Shown in pieces: positions 1 through 8,815 of a DNA stretch of 64,000 nucleotides. The notes under the pieces were generated by a model. It was given only the letters and a program-made list of their open reading frames with translations. It was not told the origin of the DNA and did not search any database. Made by a program: the position numbers and the translations under genes. Each line of letters begins with the position of its first letter. The stretch's first letter is position 1. This DNA comes from Nitrososphaerota archaeon. Lineage in GTDB: Archaea > Thermoproteota > Nitrososphaeria_A > Caldarchaeales > Calditenuaceae. The stretch covers positions 1,344,001 through 1,408,000 of the forward strand of contig JBEPYO010000001.1 in NCBI GenBank assembly GCA_041641295.1, written 5' to 3'.

Positions 1-1
1 A

Positions 2-151
2 GAACTGATATCTCCCGTGTATCTGCGGGGCAAGTATGGGCTATCTGATGGCGACAAGGTCAAGATAACCGTAACACTCCCCACAGTCAATTTTTCGGCC
101 ACTGGACAGATTTCACAGGAGGATAAGGGTCAAATTCTGCCTAAAACTTGA
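2..151 (+). CDS. ribK: CTP-dependent riboflavin kinase, 3' end only (truncated by window edge)
   Basis: Frame from nt 2 reads ELISPVYLRGKYGLSDGDKVKITV..., matching the C-terminal E(I/L)I(A/S)PxxLRxxxgLxDGDxV motif of archaeal RibK; TGA at 149-151. Not in the ORF track. Confidence 0.75.
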   Translation, partial: ELISPVYLRGKYGLSDGDKVKITVTLPTVNFSATGQISQEDKGQILPKT

Positions 152-160
152 TTTCACGAG

Positions 161-799
161 TTGTCGGAGGCTTTCCAGAAGGCTGCCGAATGGGTTCTCA
201 AGCAATCTAGGGAAGGAAAGAGTCTCGCAGACATCCAAGCATCATTTCCAGTCTTTAAAGACAGCAACATAACCATCAACAGAGTCCTCTCCAACAATCC
301 GCTCCTCCTCGGATACTTTGACGAGAAGCTGAAGCTGAAGATTAATGATCGTGTCATAAGGGCCGCCGCGCTGGTGGCGAAGCTGCGCGGGTTTGACGTC
401 TTTACCTCCCCTCCCGAGATTAGGATAGTGAAGGATGGAGTGCTCCATGGATTATTGAGGGAGGACGGATTCGCTGCCAGCGACCCACTCCTCTTCAGAG
501 ACATCGCGGTAAAGGTTTATGGGATAGGCGGGTCTCCTGAGCTTGAGGTTCCTGTGAAGGATAGCTGGCTTGACTCATTGGCGCGGCTCCTCTCGGAAAG
601 AGGCTTTGTGGAGACGGTCTTCTTCGCAGCCCTAGTAATACTGTTGCCACCCACGCTTGCGGCACTCTCCCTCCTAATCACTCCTTCAAGGTTTGTGCCG
701 GACCCGCTGAGACTGGGGATCAGCATAGTTATTTTGCTTGCGGCACTCTATCTTGCGCGGCTCTATATCAGAGAAAACCTCAGACAACGGCAACAGTAG
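161..799 (+). CDS. Hypothetical protein with two C-terminal TM helices
   Basis: 212-aa ORF 9 nt after the ribK stop; two hydrophobic segments near the C-terminus. Confidence 0.7.
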   Translation: MSEAFQKAAEWVLKQSREGKSLADIQASFPVFKDSNITINRVLSNNPLLLGYFDEKLKLKINDRVIRAAALVAKLRGFDVFTSPPEIRIVKDGVLHGLLREDGFAASDPLLFRDIAVKVYGIGGSPELEVPVKDSWLDSLARLLSERGFVETVFFAALVILLPPTLAALSLLITPSRFVPDPLRLGISIVILLAALYLARLYIRENLRQRQQ

Positions 800-811
800 C
801 CCGTTATTGGT

Positions 812-1165
812 TTAGATGATTCGGTCTGGTTTCCTAGCTGCTTTAGCGTAGTCTTCTCGGGCCGGGTTAAATACGTCGAGTGCGAGGGCCTCCTCCGTTC
901 CATTGTTTATCACCTCATGCAGCTCCCAAGGCTCAATGAGGTAGGAATCACCCTCTCTCAGGACGCTCTCGCCCCGCTCGGTCCTGAAGAGCAGAGAGCC
1001 TCTCAACACAACCCCTGCCTGAAGATGTGGATGGTTATGCCTCGGCACAACCGCACCAGGTAGAATTCGCACCAGCATGAGCATTGTTGAGGGGTGGTGA
1101 GCCAAGACGGAGCGGTAGACACCGGGGAATAATTCATCCCACACCCTGTTTTGCCAGATCTCCAC
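812..1165 (-). CDS. Cupin domain protein
   Basis: Cupin motifs PGAVVPRHNHPHLQAGVVLRG and GDSYLIEPWELHEVIN. Confidence 0.9.
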   Translation of the reverse strand: MEIWQNRVWDELFPGVYRSVLAHHPSTMLMLVRILPGAVVPRHNHPHLQAGVVLRGSLLFRTERGESVLREGDSYLIEPWELHEVINNGTEEALALDVFNPAREDYAKAARKPDRII

Positions 1166-1236
1166 GGCTTCGTGTGTAGAGTGGGGCCTATTTCAATCTA
1201 GTGGCAGGCGGCTCTTCACTGTTAAGGGCACACCCC

Positions 1237-2421
1237 TCAGTTGTGGGCTAGCTCCTTCACAATCTTTGTCAAGATGTCTGATGGAGCGTCTGTCTTTACG
1301 GCGGCCGGGTCGTAGTGGGTGGGTGAGGCGCGGTAGCCCACCTCTCTAAGCCTCTCTATCACATTTTTTGTCTTGGGGGGTGAGGTCTTGGCGCGCCTGG
1401 ATACCTCCGAGATTTGGAAGGACCACGGAATGTCGTCCAACTCCTCTGCAATAGTTTTAACGATCTTTATGGCCTCCCTGTATATCGGGTCGGACAAATA
1501 TCTTGAGTTCAGGATTTTCTCGACGAGGTTCTTATCGCTGAGCGCTCCTGTCCACACTGGCCCAACGAGGACGTTGGGGTTGCCGCATATGCTGCACTTC
1601 TCTCGCCACTCGGAGACATCACTCATCACAGAGGTGTTGAGGCAGTATTTGCAGTGGATGAGATATCTAACCTGTGACCTGGCGTGATAAGCCCTCCGCT
1701 TCCCCCGCTCCACTCGCAGAAACACTCTGACGAAGTGCCTGTAGGCGACTGAGAGGACTGGCTCGGCTCCCAGGCTCAGGCGCGAAGCAGTCATTACGGC
1801 GAAACCAGCTAGGGCCCTGATCGCTGTCTCTCTATAGAAGTTGGTCTTTACGAGTGTTAGGCCATACTTCCAGTATGCTGTGCGTCGCGAGGATCCTGAG
1901 AGGGCTGCAAGATCTGTGGCGGAAACCCCTAACAGCCCCCGCCTCTCAGTGGCCCTAAACCCGTTCTCAAGAAATCTCACAGGTGAGCCGAATGGGTCGA
2001 TGTCTACGTAGCCGGCCCGACCCTCAACCGCCAATCTGGATAAGAGTAGGTTTGCATCTGAGTGCTCGATCCTCAGCCTCTCAACCAATCCGTTTCTCTC
2101 CCTATTGACCTCGCTGAGCCGGACCGCCCACTCGGAAATATCTCCAGCCAACCCCTCCGTCACAGAGCCTGACTCTAGGAGTAGCCTGATAATCCGGGCC
2201 CCAGTCCCGGCAAGAGGCTCAGCGGCCAGACCACATGACCTCCCTGAGAAGTAGGAGTCAACAACGATGACCGCCAGGTCTCTCGAGACCTTTGAGAGGG
2301 GGTTATAGAATGCTGGGAGCCTAGTCGTCGCTTGGGCCTCTCCAGTCTCTGGAACTATCAGCTCGGCCAACCCCTCCTTGACAATCTTTACCGGAAAAGG
2401 TAGAGGGGGAACAGTCTCCAC
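1237..2421 (-). CDS. trm1: tRNA (guanine26-N2)-dimethyltransferase
   Basis: FYNP...SRD, LAGTGAR, DIDPFGSP, SATDLAAL, Zn-finger CxxC...CxxC, GPVW and THY motifs. Start placed at GTG 2421 behind GGTGAGG; the ORF track extends to 2484. Confidence 0.93.
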   Translation of the reverse strand: METVPPLPFPVKIVKEGLAELIVPETGEAQATTRLPAFYNPLSKVSRDLAVIVVDSYFSGRSCGLAAEPLAGTGARIIRLLLESGSVTEGLAGDISEWAVRLSEVNRERNGLVERLRIEHSDANLLLSRLAVEGRAGYVDIDPFGSPVRFLENGFRATERRGLLGVSATDLAALSGSSRRTAYWKYGLTLVKTNFYRETAIRALAGFAVMTASRLSLGAEPVLSVAYRHFVRVFLRVERGKRRAYHARSQVRYLIHCKYCLNTSVMSDVSEWREKCSICGNPNVLVGPVWTGALSDKNLVEKILNSRYLSDPIYREAIKIVKTIAEELDDIPWSFQISEVSRRAKTSPPKTKNVIERLREVGYRASPTHYDPAAVKTDAPSDILTKIVKELAHN

Positions 2422-2428
2422 ACCATCC

Positions 2429-2968
2429 TCACCCCTCTCCCGTAAGTATGTCCACAATCTCTCTAGCAGCGGTTTGGGCCTCACCGCGCTTGAGAACTAT
2501 CAGCCTTGTCACAGCCTCTCTCGCCTCTAGAAGTAGCGGGTCGCGGGAGCGAAAATGAAGCGTGAGAATAGCGTATCTCGCATCCCTCAGAACTCTTCTC
2601 AATACATTCCTAAATCGCTGGCTCATCAGCTCCATAGGCCCCACCTCGTCGATTAGGACGATGGCCCCAGAGCTTAGAGCCTTCTCAATGATGTCAGATG
2701 CAAATCCATCGAGGTTTTCAACATAGACTCTGTATCGCCCAATCCGCGGGCCGGGCTCCCCCGACTCCCTAGCTAGCGGTACAGACGCTTGAGTCTCGAT
2801 GTCTATTATATCGAACCCGACACGTTTGCCCCCAGCTCTAACCTCTCTCGACAATATCCCTCCGACACTCTTACCCATAGATCTCAGAATATTCGCAGCC
2901 ATCTCTACTGTGGTTGTCTTTCCACATCCAGGAGGGCCTGTGACTCCGACCAAAACTCTAGCTGTCAA
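2429..2968 (-). CDS. Nucleoside-triphosphatase (THEP1/NTPase_1 family)
   Basis: GPPGCGKTT, EVRAGGKRVGF, GRYRV and IDEVGPMEL motifs. Confidence 0.92.
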   Translation of the reverse strand: MTARVLVGVTGPPGCGKTTTVEMAANILRSMGKSVGGILSREVRAGGKRVGFDIIDIETQASVPLARESGEPGPRIGRYRVYVENLDGFASDIIEKALSSGAIVLIDEVGPMELMSQRFRNVLRRVLRDARYAILTLHFRSRDPLLLEAREAVTRLIVLKRGEAQTAAREIVDILTGEG

Positions 2969-2989
2969 AACTAATCAGCGTAGGCGCAC

Positions 2990-4498
2990 TCACCTTTCCA
3001 ACCCTCTATATATGTCGTTGAAGATTAGCTCCTCGAGCTCATCTATCTTTACCCTAACCTGTGCCGCAGTGTCTCTATCCCTGACTGTAACAGTGTTATC
3101 CTGTAGTGTCTGGTGGTCAATCGTTACGCAGAGGTTGACGCCCGCCTCATCTGCCCGCGCATATCGCCGACCAATAGAGCCCCGGTCATCATATACAGTG
3201 TAGATGGGCAGCCTACTTGCCCTGAGCTTGGTGTAGATGTCCCAAGCCTTCGCGACTAAGTCTTCTCGGTCAAGTAGAGGGAGTATGGCCGCCTTTATTG
3301 GTGAGACTATTCTGGGGAGCATCAATAGTGGCCAGTCTCTAACCCCCTCCCTGTAGGAATGCTCAAGGATCGCGTAGAGGATTCTTTCAACACCGAAAGA
3401 CGGCTCAACCACATGGGGAACTACTTTCACGCCATTATCATCTATTGACAGGTCTTCTCCCGAGTGTTTTGAGTGGACTGTGAGGTCATAGTCCCGTCTG
3501 TAAGCGTTCCCCACAACCTCCTTCCATCCAAAGGAGAACTTGACCTCGAGGTCAAAATTCCCACCCGAATAGTGTGGCGTCTCCTCCGGCAGCAGGTGTC
3601 TGAACCTCATGTTTTCAGGCGGGATGCCGAGGGACTGGAAAAACCTCACCTCCTTGGCGAGATAGTAGGCCAAAAACTTGTTAGGTACTATGCCCTCCTC
3701 GACAGCATCTCGGGCCTTCAGCTCTATTGCCTCCCCACCATCGCCACGCCTCTGCTCCTCCCGCGTCAAGATACGTATCACAGTATCACCAACCTCGTCG
3801 AACCTTTTGGGCCCGTCGCCTCGAATAGGCGAGAAGAAGACCTCAATCTCCATTTGACTGAATTCTCGGAGTCTTATAATGGACTGGCGGGGGGAGATCT
3901 CGTTTCTGAACGACTTCCCAACCTGGGCTACGGCGAAGGGTAGCTTAGCCCTCATGGCATATGCTATTCTCTTAAAGTTTAGGAAGATGTTTTGGGCCGT
4001 CTCCGGGCGGAGGAATGCGGTCTCCTCTCCTCCCCCTACTGAGAGTTTGAACATCAGGTGGTGCTCCTTAAAGCCTGTCAGCTCGCCTCCGCAATTGGGG
4101 CATTTAACCCCGCGAGCCTTCACCACTTCTTGCAACTCCTCAATACTCTTCCCCTCCACCTTCAATCCAAGAATATCCTCGATGAGCTGATCTACCCGAT
4201 GGATTCTGCCACACCTCGCACACTCCGCCTTAGGATCGGTAAACTTGTCAACGTGGCCGGAAGCCTTCAGTGCTTCGAATGGGAGTATCAATGAACCGTC
4301 GATAAGGTATACTTCAAAGGATGTCTCTCTCTTCACGAAGGTGTCTAGCCAGTAGTTGATGAGGTTGAGTTTCATCAGCGTCCCCAGAGGGCCTAGGTCG
4401 TAGAAGCCTGCGGGGCCCCTGTATATCTCGGCTGTGGGGTTGAAGAACCCCCTTCTCAACGCGAGCTGGACAATGCTCTCGGCGAGCTGCTCAGGCAT
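2990..4498 (-). CDS. glyS: Glycyl-tRNA synthetase (alpha2 type)
   Basis: LRPETAQ, GKSFRNEISPR, REFSQMEIE, EPSFGVER and the SIGRRYARADE anticodon-binding domain. Confidence 0.97.
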   Translation of the reverse strand: MPEQLAESIVQLALRRGFFNPTAEIYRGPAGFYDLGPLGTLMKLNLINYWLDTFVKRETSFEVYLIDGSLILPFEALKASGHVDKFTDPKAECARCGRIHRVDQLIEDILGLKVEGKSIEELQEVVKARGVKCPNCGGELTGFKEHHLMFKLSVGGGEETAFLRPETAQNIFLNFKRIAYAMRAKLPFAVAQVGKSFRNEISPRQSIIRLREFSQMEIEVFFSPIRGDGPKRFDEVGDTVIRILTREEQRRGDGGEAIELKARDAVEEGIVPNKFLAYYLAKEVRFFQSLGIPPENMRFRHLLPEETPHYSGGNFDLEVKFSFGWKEVVGNAYRRDYDLTVHSKHSGEDLSIDDNGVKVVPHVVEPSFGVERILYAILEHSYREGVRDWPLLMLPRIVSPIKAAILPLLDREDLVAKAWDIYTKLRASRLPIYTVYDDRGSIGRRYARADEAGVNLCVTIDHQTLQDNTVTVRDRDTAAQVRVKIDELEELIFNDIYRGLER

Positions 4499-4587
4499 TC
4501 CCTCTCAAACCATCAGGCCTGCGCAATAAATAGCTGATGAGCTGGGCTGATACTTTAGACGGCTGTCCAGTCCTTACCCAGTAGGCT

Positions 4588-5337
4588 TTAGCCTCGGAGT
4601 TCTCCGCCGCATGAGGGGCACTTATTTCCTAAATCAACCCACACATTCATGCAGTCCCTGTGAAAGACGGCCCCGCACGAGCGGCAAGACTCTGTCTCAC
4701 CGCCTGAGATGAGGTCGCCACATATCATGCACTGTCCTGTCCCCGCCGTCTCCATCCTCCTCTCCTCCCTCTCAGGAGCCGGTTCAAGAACGGTTGTCTG
4801 GGTCTCGACTGCCGGCTCAGTAATCTCTGCGACTGGCTCGGTCTCCTCCGTTGCAGTTGCCCATAGCGGTGATGGCGCCATAGAGGTTGTAACACGCGTC
4901 CTCATGGCGGCTATTAAGGCCAGCACCGAGGCTCCCGCTATTGCTATCCCTGTGAAGAGGGCTGCGAATAGCCCCAGCTCGGGGATGAAGTTCAGGCCAC
5001 TGAAGCTCGGGAGCTTTATCAGGTATGTGTAGAGGGGTGAGAAGAGGGCTAGGCCCGCAGCGGTAAACGAGAGGAGCGGCATGACGAGTCTAAGCTTCGT
5101 GAGATCCTTAAGGTTTGAGGCGAATACACCTGTTGCGCCGGCAGCACCGCCCGCGGCCAAGGAGAACAGTAGAGGCTCCATGAAGGTATACCCGGTGATC
5201 AAGGATCGGCCAACATTGTCATAGTTTATAGAGAACCAGTTGAGGATCAGGCTTAAGGCATGTGTAGCGCCTAGGAGTGAGATTAGGGCTCCGATCCTGC
5301 TGAACCTGGCCAAAGCCTCACTTGTCTGAGTTATCAT
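4588..5337 (-). CDS. 4-TM membrane protein with C-terminal RING-type (C4HC3) zinc finger; putative E3-like
   Basis: Four hydrophobic helices, an E/T/P-rich linker, then CMIC-x11-CRSC-x4-HRDC-MNVW-x6-CPSC. Confidence 0.8.
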   Translation of the reverse strand: MITQTSEALARFSRIGALISLLGATHALSLILNWFSINYDNVGRSLITGYTFMEPLLFSLAAGGAAGATGVFASNLKDLTKLRLVMPLLSFTAAGLALFSPLYTYLIKLPSFSGLNFIPELGLFAALFTGIAIAGASVLALIAAMRTRVTTSMAPSPLWATATEETEPVAEITEPAVETQTTVLEPAPEREERRMETAGTGQCMICGDLISGGETESCRSCGAVFHRDCMNVWVDLGNKCPSCGGELRG

Positions 5338-5458
5338 TGACCTGCACTTTCATCGTGTAGCCTGTATATAAATAAGTCTCGCCGAATCCGAGAGAAGGTT
5401 TGGCCAACAATGGGAGGAATATAGATTTATATCCGAAGAAATAGAGAGATTACCAAGG

Positions 5459-6307
5459 ATGGGCTCGATAATAGGGCGGCGATCAGAGGAGCTGGAAGCG
5501 ATATCCCAGAATTTAAGGAGTATTATGACGCAGCTCCAGAATATTGAGTCGCAAATCTCGGGAAACGTTATTAGCCAGATAAGGGCTGCCGCCCAAGAAA
5601 TGATTTCTAGGTTCGACGCCCTAGCCTCGACTCAGCCAGAATATCTCATAAAAGAGTTCATCGAGGGCGTGAATGTCCTAAAGTCCCTGACTTCATACCT
5701 CGTTATCTTCCAAGAGCAGCAGGAGGAGCTGGCGAGGCTACTGGAGTTTCAGAGAGAGCAGGTAGAGGTCTTGGAGAAGGCCAGGCAGGCAATATTGAAG
5801 GAGAGGGAGAGGCTGGAGCAGGAGAAAAATAGCCTCGAAGCACTGCGCCAAGAACTGATCCAGCTCAGGCAGGAGGTGGAGGAGAAGGATAGGGCCTTGA
5901 AGAGTTTTGAGAAGGAAGTCCAAGAACTGGAGGAGAGGAAGGCGTACCTAGAGGAGAAGATTAAGGAGCTTCAAAACTCCTATCTCTCTGCGCTCCAGTC
6001 CGCGGTTGAGGGCATTGAGAAGACTGTGAAAGAGCTGGACAAGAGGTTTAAGGTGAGGGAGGCGAGGCTTGAGAGGCTCGTAAGGCTGGAGGAGAGGAAG
6101 AGGGAGGAGATATCGAGGCTTGAAGCCGCAAAATCTATTGCTGAGGAGTATAACAAACAGTTCTCTCAGCTGGCCGAGGAGGTGAGGAGGCTGGAGAGGA
6201 AGAAGACTCAGCTCGCGCAGGAGATTTCCAGACTGGAGTCTGAGAAGAGGGAGCTGGAGCGGATTAAGCAGGAACTCAGGGGCGGAATACTCCGGGGACC
6301 CACTTAA
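5459..6307 (+). CDS. Long coiled-coil protein
   Basis: 282 aa, E/K/R/L-rich heptads over most of its length; no globular motif recognised. Confidence 0.8.
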   Translation: MGSIIGRRSEELEAISQNLRSIMTQLQNIESQISGNVISQIRAAAQEMISRFDALASTQPEYLIKEFIEGVNVLKSLTSYLVIFQEQQEELARLLEFQREQVEVLEKARQAILKERERLEQEKNSLEALRQELIQLRQEVEEKDRALKSFEKEVQELEERKAYLEEKIKELQNSYLSALQSAVEGIEKTVKELDKRFKVREARLERLVRLEERKREEISRLEAAKSIAEEYNKQFSQLAEEVRRLERKKTQLAQEISRLESEKRELERIKQELRGGILRGPT

Positions 6308-6684
6308 CCCTCTTGGGACCGAAGATAACGCTCAACAATATCCGCGAGATAGTCCAATAGGTTAAGCCTTTCATACATCTCTCCAATATTATCCTCGATT
6401 ATCTCAAGCCTCTTAGAGATTTTAGATATGTCTTCCCTAATCGACTGGAGCGTTTCTAGAATCGTCTTCAGCTCTCCGCTCGACAGCTGTCCACTAGATA
6501 GGCGGCTCAAAGCCCTTTCTATTTTCTCGTCTTGCTCTAAGAGCCTAGCTGATATCTTCTCGAGTGCGCGGAAGGTGCTATCGAATTCGGGGACACGGCC
6601 CCTTGGCGTCTCTATAATATTGATGACTATCTCTTCCTCCTCGCCGGTCTCTACACCTTCCTTCTCATTCTCACTACTGCTCAT
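6304..6684 (-). CDS. Small coiled-coil protein
   Basis: 126 aa, acidic N-terminus then heptads; its start overlaps the stop of the upstream RING gene, suggesting translational coupling. Confidence 0.75.
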   Translation of the reverse strand: MSSSENEKEGVETGEEEEIVINIIETPRGRVPEFDSTFRALEKISARLLEQDEKIERALSRLSSGQLSSGELKTILETLQSIREDISKISKRLEIIEDNIGEMYERLNLLDYLADIVERYLRSQEG

Positions 6685-6880
6685 CTAAACTCACCCTACA
6701 CTTGGGGCAAACAGATTTTGTATTCTTAAGGTTTCTGAAACAGTCTGTATGGAAAACGGCCCCGCAGTTCCCGCACCTAGAAACCTCGGCGCCATCCTCG
6801 ATGTCTAGTAGGCAGGCGTCACAGCTTGCGACCGTCCAATCCCACATGCCGAGCGACTCGCCGACCCTTATTCTAAGCAA
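6674..6880 (-). CDS. Small RING finger protein (C4HC3)
   Basis: CDAC-x12-CGNC-x4-HTDC-x10-CPKCR; shares CxxCGAVFHxDC with the 4588-5337 protein. Confidence 0.8.
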   Translation of the reverse strand: MLRIRVGESLGMWDWTVASCDACLLDIEDGAEVSRCGNCGAVFHTDCFRNLKNTKSVCPKCRVSLDEQ

Positions 6881-7010
6881 TTCATCCGTAGGAGGGTTGC
6901 ACAGATATATAAAACCCCTCTACCGCCATTCTCTTGACAACTTTCACCAGCTTTAAGGGTATTTATCATGGAGGCTAGGATGTCATAGAGGCGTTAAGGG
7001 CTGGACGGGC

Positions 7011-7499
7011 ATGGGTCTATACTCCCTCTTGAATCAGGTTTGGAGGAGTCGGCCGGAAGAGCTGAAGGCTATTCTCAGGTCTAGGAAGGTTCTCTGGAGA
7101 CGGGAGCCTTCAGTGGTTCGCGTGGAGAGGCCCCTGAGGATTGACCGGGCTAGAAGCATTGGATACAAGGCGAAGCAGGGCTTCGTGGTCTTGAGGGTTA
7201 GAGTTAGGAGGGGAGGTTTCAGCAAGCCTCGTCCGAACTCCGGTAGAAGGCCTAAGGCTCTCGGTACAGTTCTCCACAAAGTCAATGTAACAATGCTTGA
7301 GGAGGCGATAAACAGGGCCAAGAAAAAATATCCAAACCTCTACCCAATCGGCGGCTACCCACTGACCTATGACAGCTTATACAAGTGGTTCGAGGTGATA
7401 ATGGTCGACCCATATCACCCGGCAATAAGAAGCGATCCTGAGATAAAACTCCCCGACCCCCTGCTCAGACGTGTTGAGAAAAAGCTTAAGAAAGAATAA
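7011..7499 (+). CDS. rpl15e: 50S ribosomal protein L15e
   Basis: RVERPLRIDRARSIGYKAKQGFVVLRVRVRRGG and YKWFEVIMVDPYHPAI. Confidence 0.97.
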   Translation: MGLYSLLNQVWRSRPEELKAILRSRKVLWRREPSVVRVERPLRIDRARSIGYKAKQGFVVLRVRVRRGGFSKPRPNSGRRPKALGTVLHKVNVTMLEEAINRAKKKYPNLYPIGGYPLTYDSLYKWFEVIMVDPYHPAIRSDPEIKLPDPLLRRVEKKLKKE

Positions 7500-7525
7500 A
7501 GCCGTCTATAATCAAACTGGTCCAA

Positions 7526-8809
7526 ATGGCAATAGTGTACGCCCTTGTCTCCAAGACTGAGTTTTGCCTCTCCAGCTTAATGGATCGGATACTCAGACTG
7601 TCTTATCGATGGCCTAGGAACGAGATCTTCGTGGATGGTTCGCGCATCTCGCCCCGCGAATTGTCTGAAGTGAAGGGTAGGGTGGGGTTGGTTGTACATC
7701 ACGCGGGGAAGGGTGTTGTGGAGGAGGGACAGAGCAGTCTTACGGTCCACTTAACACCCTCACGTATCTTGGGGATTAAAGAGCTTGCCGACTCCCCCTT
7801 CTCCTCAGAGATAGAGCTGCGCAGCGGGGAGGTTAGGCTGAGGTCTGGACAGATGGGCTCACCACCCCTATCGTATTATAGCTCAAGCGAGATAGTCACT
7901 GTCTCTTCTCCACCAAACATAGTCCCTCTCCATCACGGGCCGGAACAGATCGTCCCACCTAGCAGCGAGATATTGCTCGGCTTCGACGGTCCTAAAAAAG
8001 TTGAGAAAGATGTCAGCGCTACCTCTCGACCCACCCCTCCCCCAAACCTACTTGATGCATCAGAGCTGCTTTTTGAAGAGTTGATGATGGCGGTTAAACG
8101 ATCTGTTGCGAAGAGATGTGCTGTGCTCTTCTCCGGCGGCATTGACAGCTCACTACTGGTGTGGATGTGTATTAGGCTCGGCCTAGATCCTCTAGCGGTC
8201 TCGGTTGGCTTGGAAGGTTCTCACGACCTCATATTCTCGGAGAGGGCGGCTAGGATTCTTGGTGTTGACTATGTAAGTGTTCCACTGTCTGAACAGGAGG
8301 TAGCCCGCACGTCCAGCTATCTATCGAAAAGCTTGCATCTGGACTCTCCAATGGACAGGGCGCTTGCTGTGCTTGTCTATGAGGGATCTAGGGCTGCGGC
8401 CTCGCATGGACGGAGACAGGTGGTGAGCGGTCAGGGAGCCGACGAATTATTCGGGGGTTACATGAAGTATCTACGCATGGTTGAGAGGGGTGATCTGACT
8501 GGTGTGGAGGAGGAGATGAGGCGAGACCTAGAAGCGCTCTGGCTAAGAGGTCTGCCGCGGGATTATGGATCGGCCGCGTTGGCGGGCTGCCTCTTAACAA
8601 CTCCCTACTTGGATGAACGAATCATTAACAATGCATATAATCTACCGCTTGAATTCAAAATTTCTAGAGGTGTCAGGAAGGTGGTGTTGAGGAGAGTTGC
8701 GAGGCTTGCGGGGCTGCCGGCAGAGCTGGTAGAGAAGGAGAAGAAGGCTGCCCAATATGGTACCGGCATCGAGAAGGCGTTAAGGCGTGTCGAATCTAGG
8801 GCTGGGTGA
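7526..8809 (+). CDS. Asparagine synthase-related protein (degenerate glutaminase domain)
   Basis: LFSGGIDSS PP-loop, SGQGADELFGGY, PYLD, KVVLR and KKAAQYGTG; no N-terminal Ntn Cys. Confidence 0.85.
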   Translation: MAIVYALVSKTEFCLSSLMDRILRLSYRWPRNEIFVDGSRISPRELSEVKGRVGLVVHHAGKGVVEEGQSSLTVHLTPSRILGIKELADSPFSSEIELRSGEVRLRSGQMGSPPLSYYSSSEIVTVSSPPNIVPLHHGPEQIVPPSSEILLGFDGPKKVEKDVSATSRPTPPPNLLDASELLFEELMMAVKRSVAKRCAVLFSGGIDSSLLVWMCIRLGLDPLAVSVGLEGSHDLIFSERAARILGVDYVSVPLSEQEVARTSSYLSKSLHLDSPMDRALAVLVYEGSRAAASHGRRQVVSGQGADELFGGYMKYLRMVERGDLTGVEEEMRRDLEALWLRGLPRDYGSAALAGCLLTTPYLDERIINNAYNLPLEFKISRGVRKVVLRRVARLAGLPAELVEKEKKAAQYGTGIEKALRRVESRAG

Positions 8810-8815
8810 TGACTT

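Noticed and set aside
4533-4552. C/D-like motif CTGATGA...CTGA
   Set aside because: Only 6 nt separate the boxes, and there is no second guide unit.
6320-6440. R-SNARE-like pattern IIEDNIGEMYERLNLLDYLAD in the 126-aa coiled-coil protein
   Set aside because: N, R and L layers line up, but layer -4 is Arg, the motif ends early and there is no TM anchor; generic heptad similarity explains it. A SNARE HMM search would settle it.
5459-6684. Coiled-coil proteins as CdvA or ESCRT-III partners of the Vps4
   Set aside because: No PRC-barrel, Snf7 pattern or MIM-like tail was recognised.
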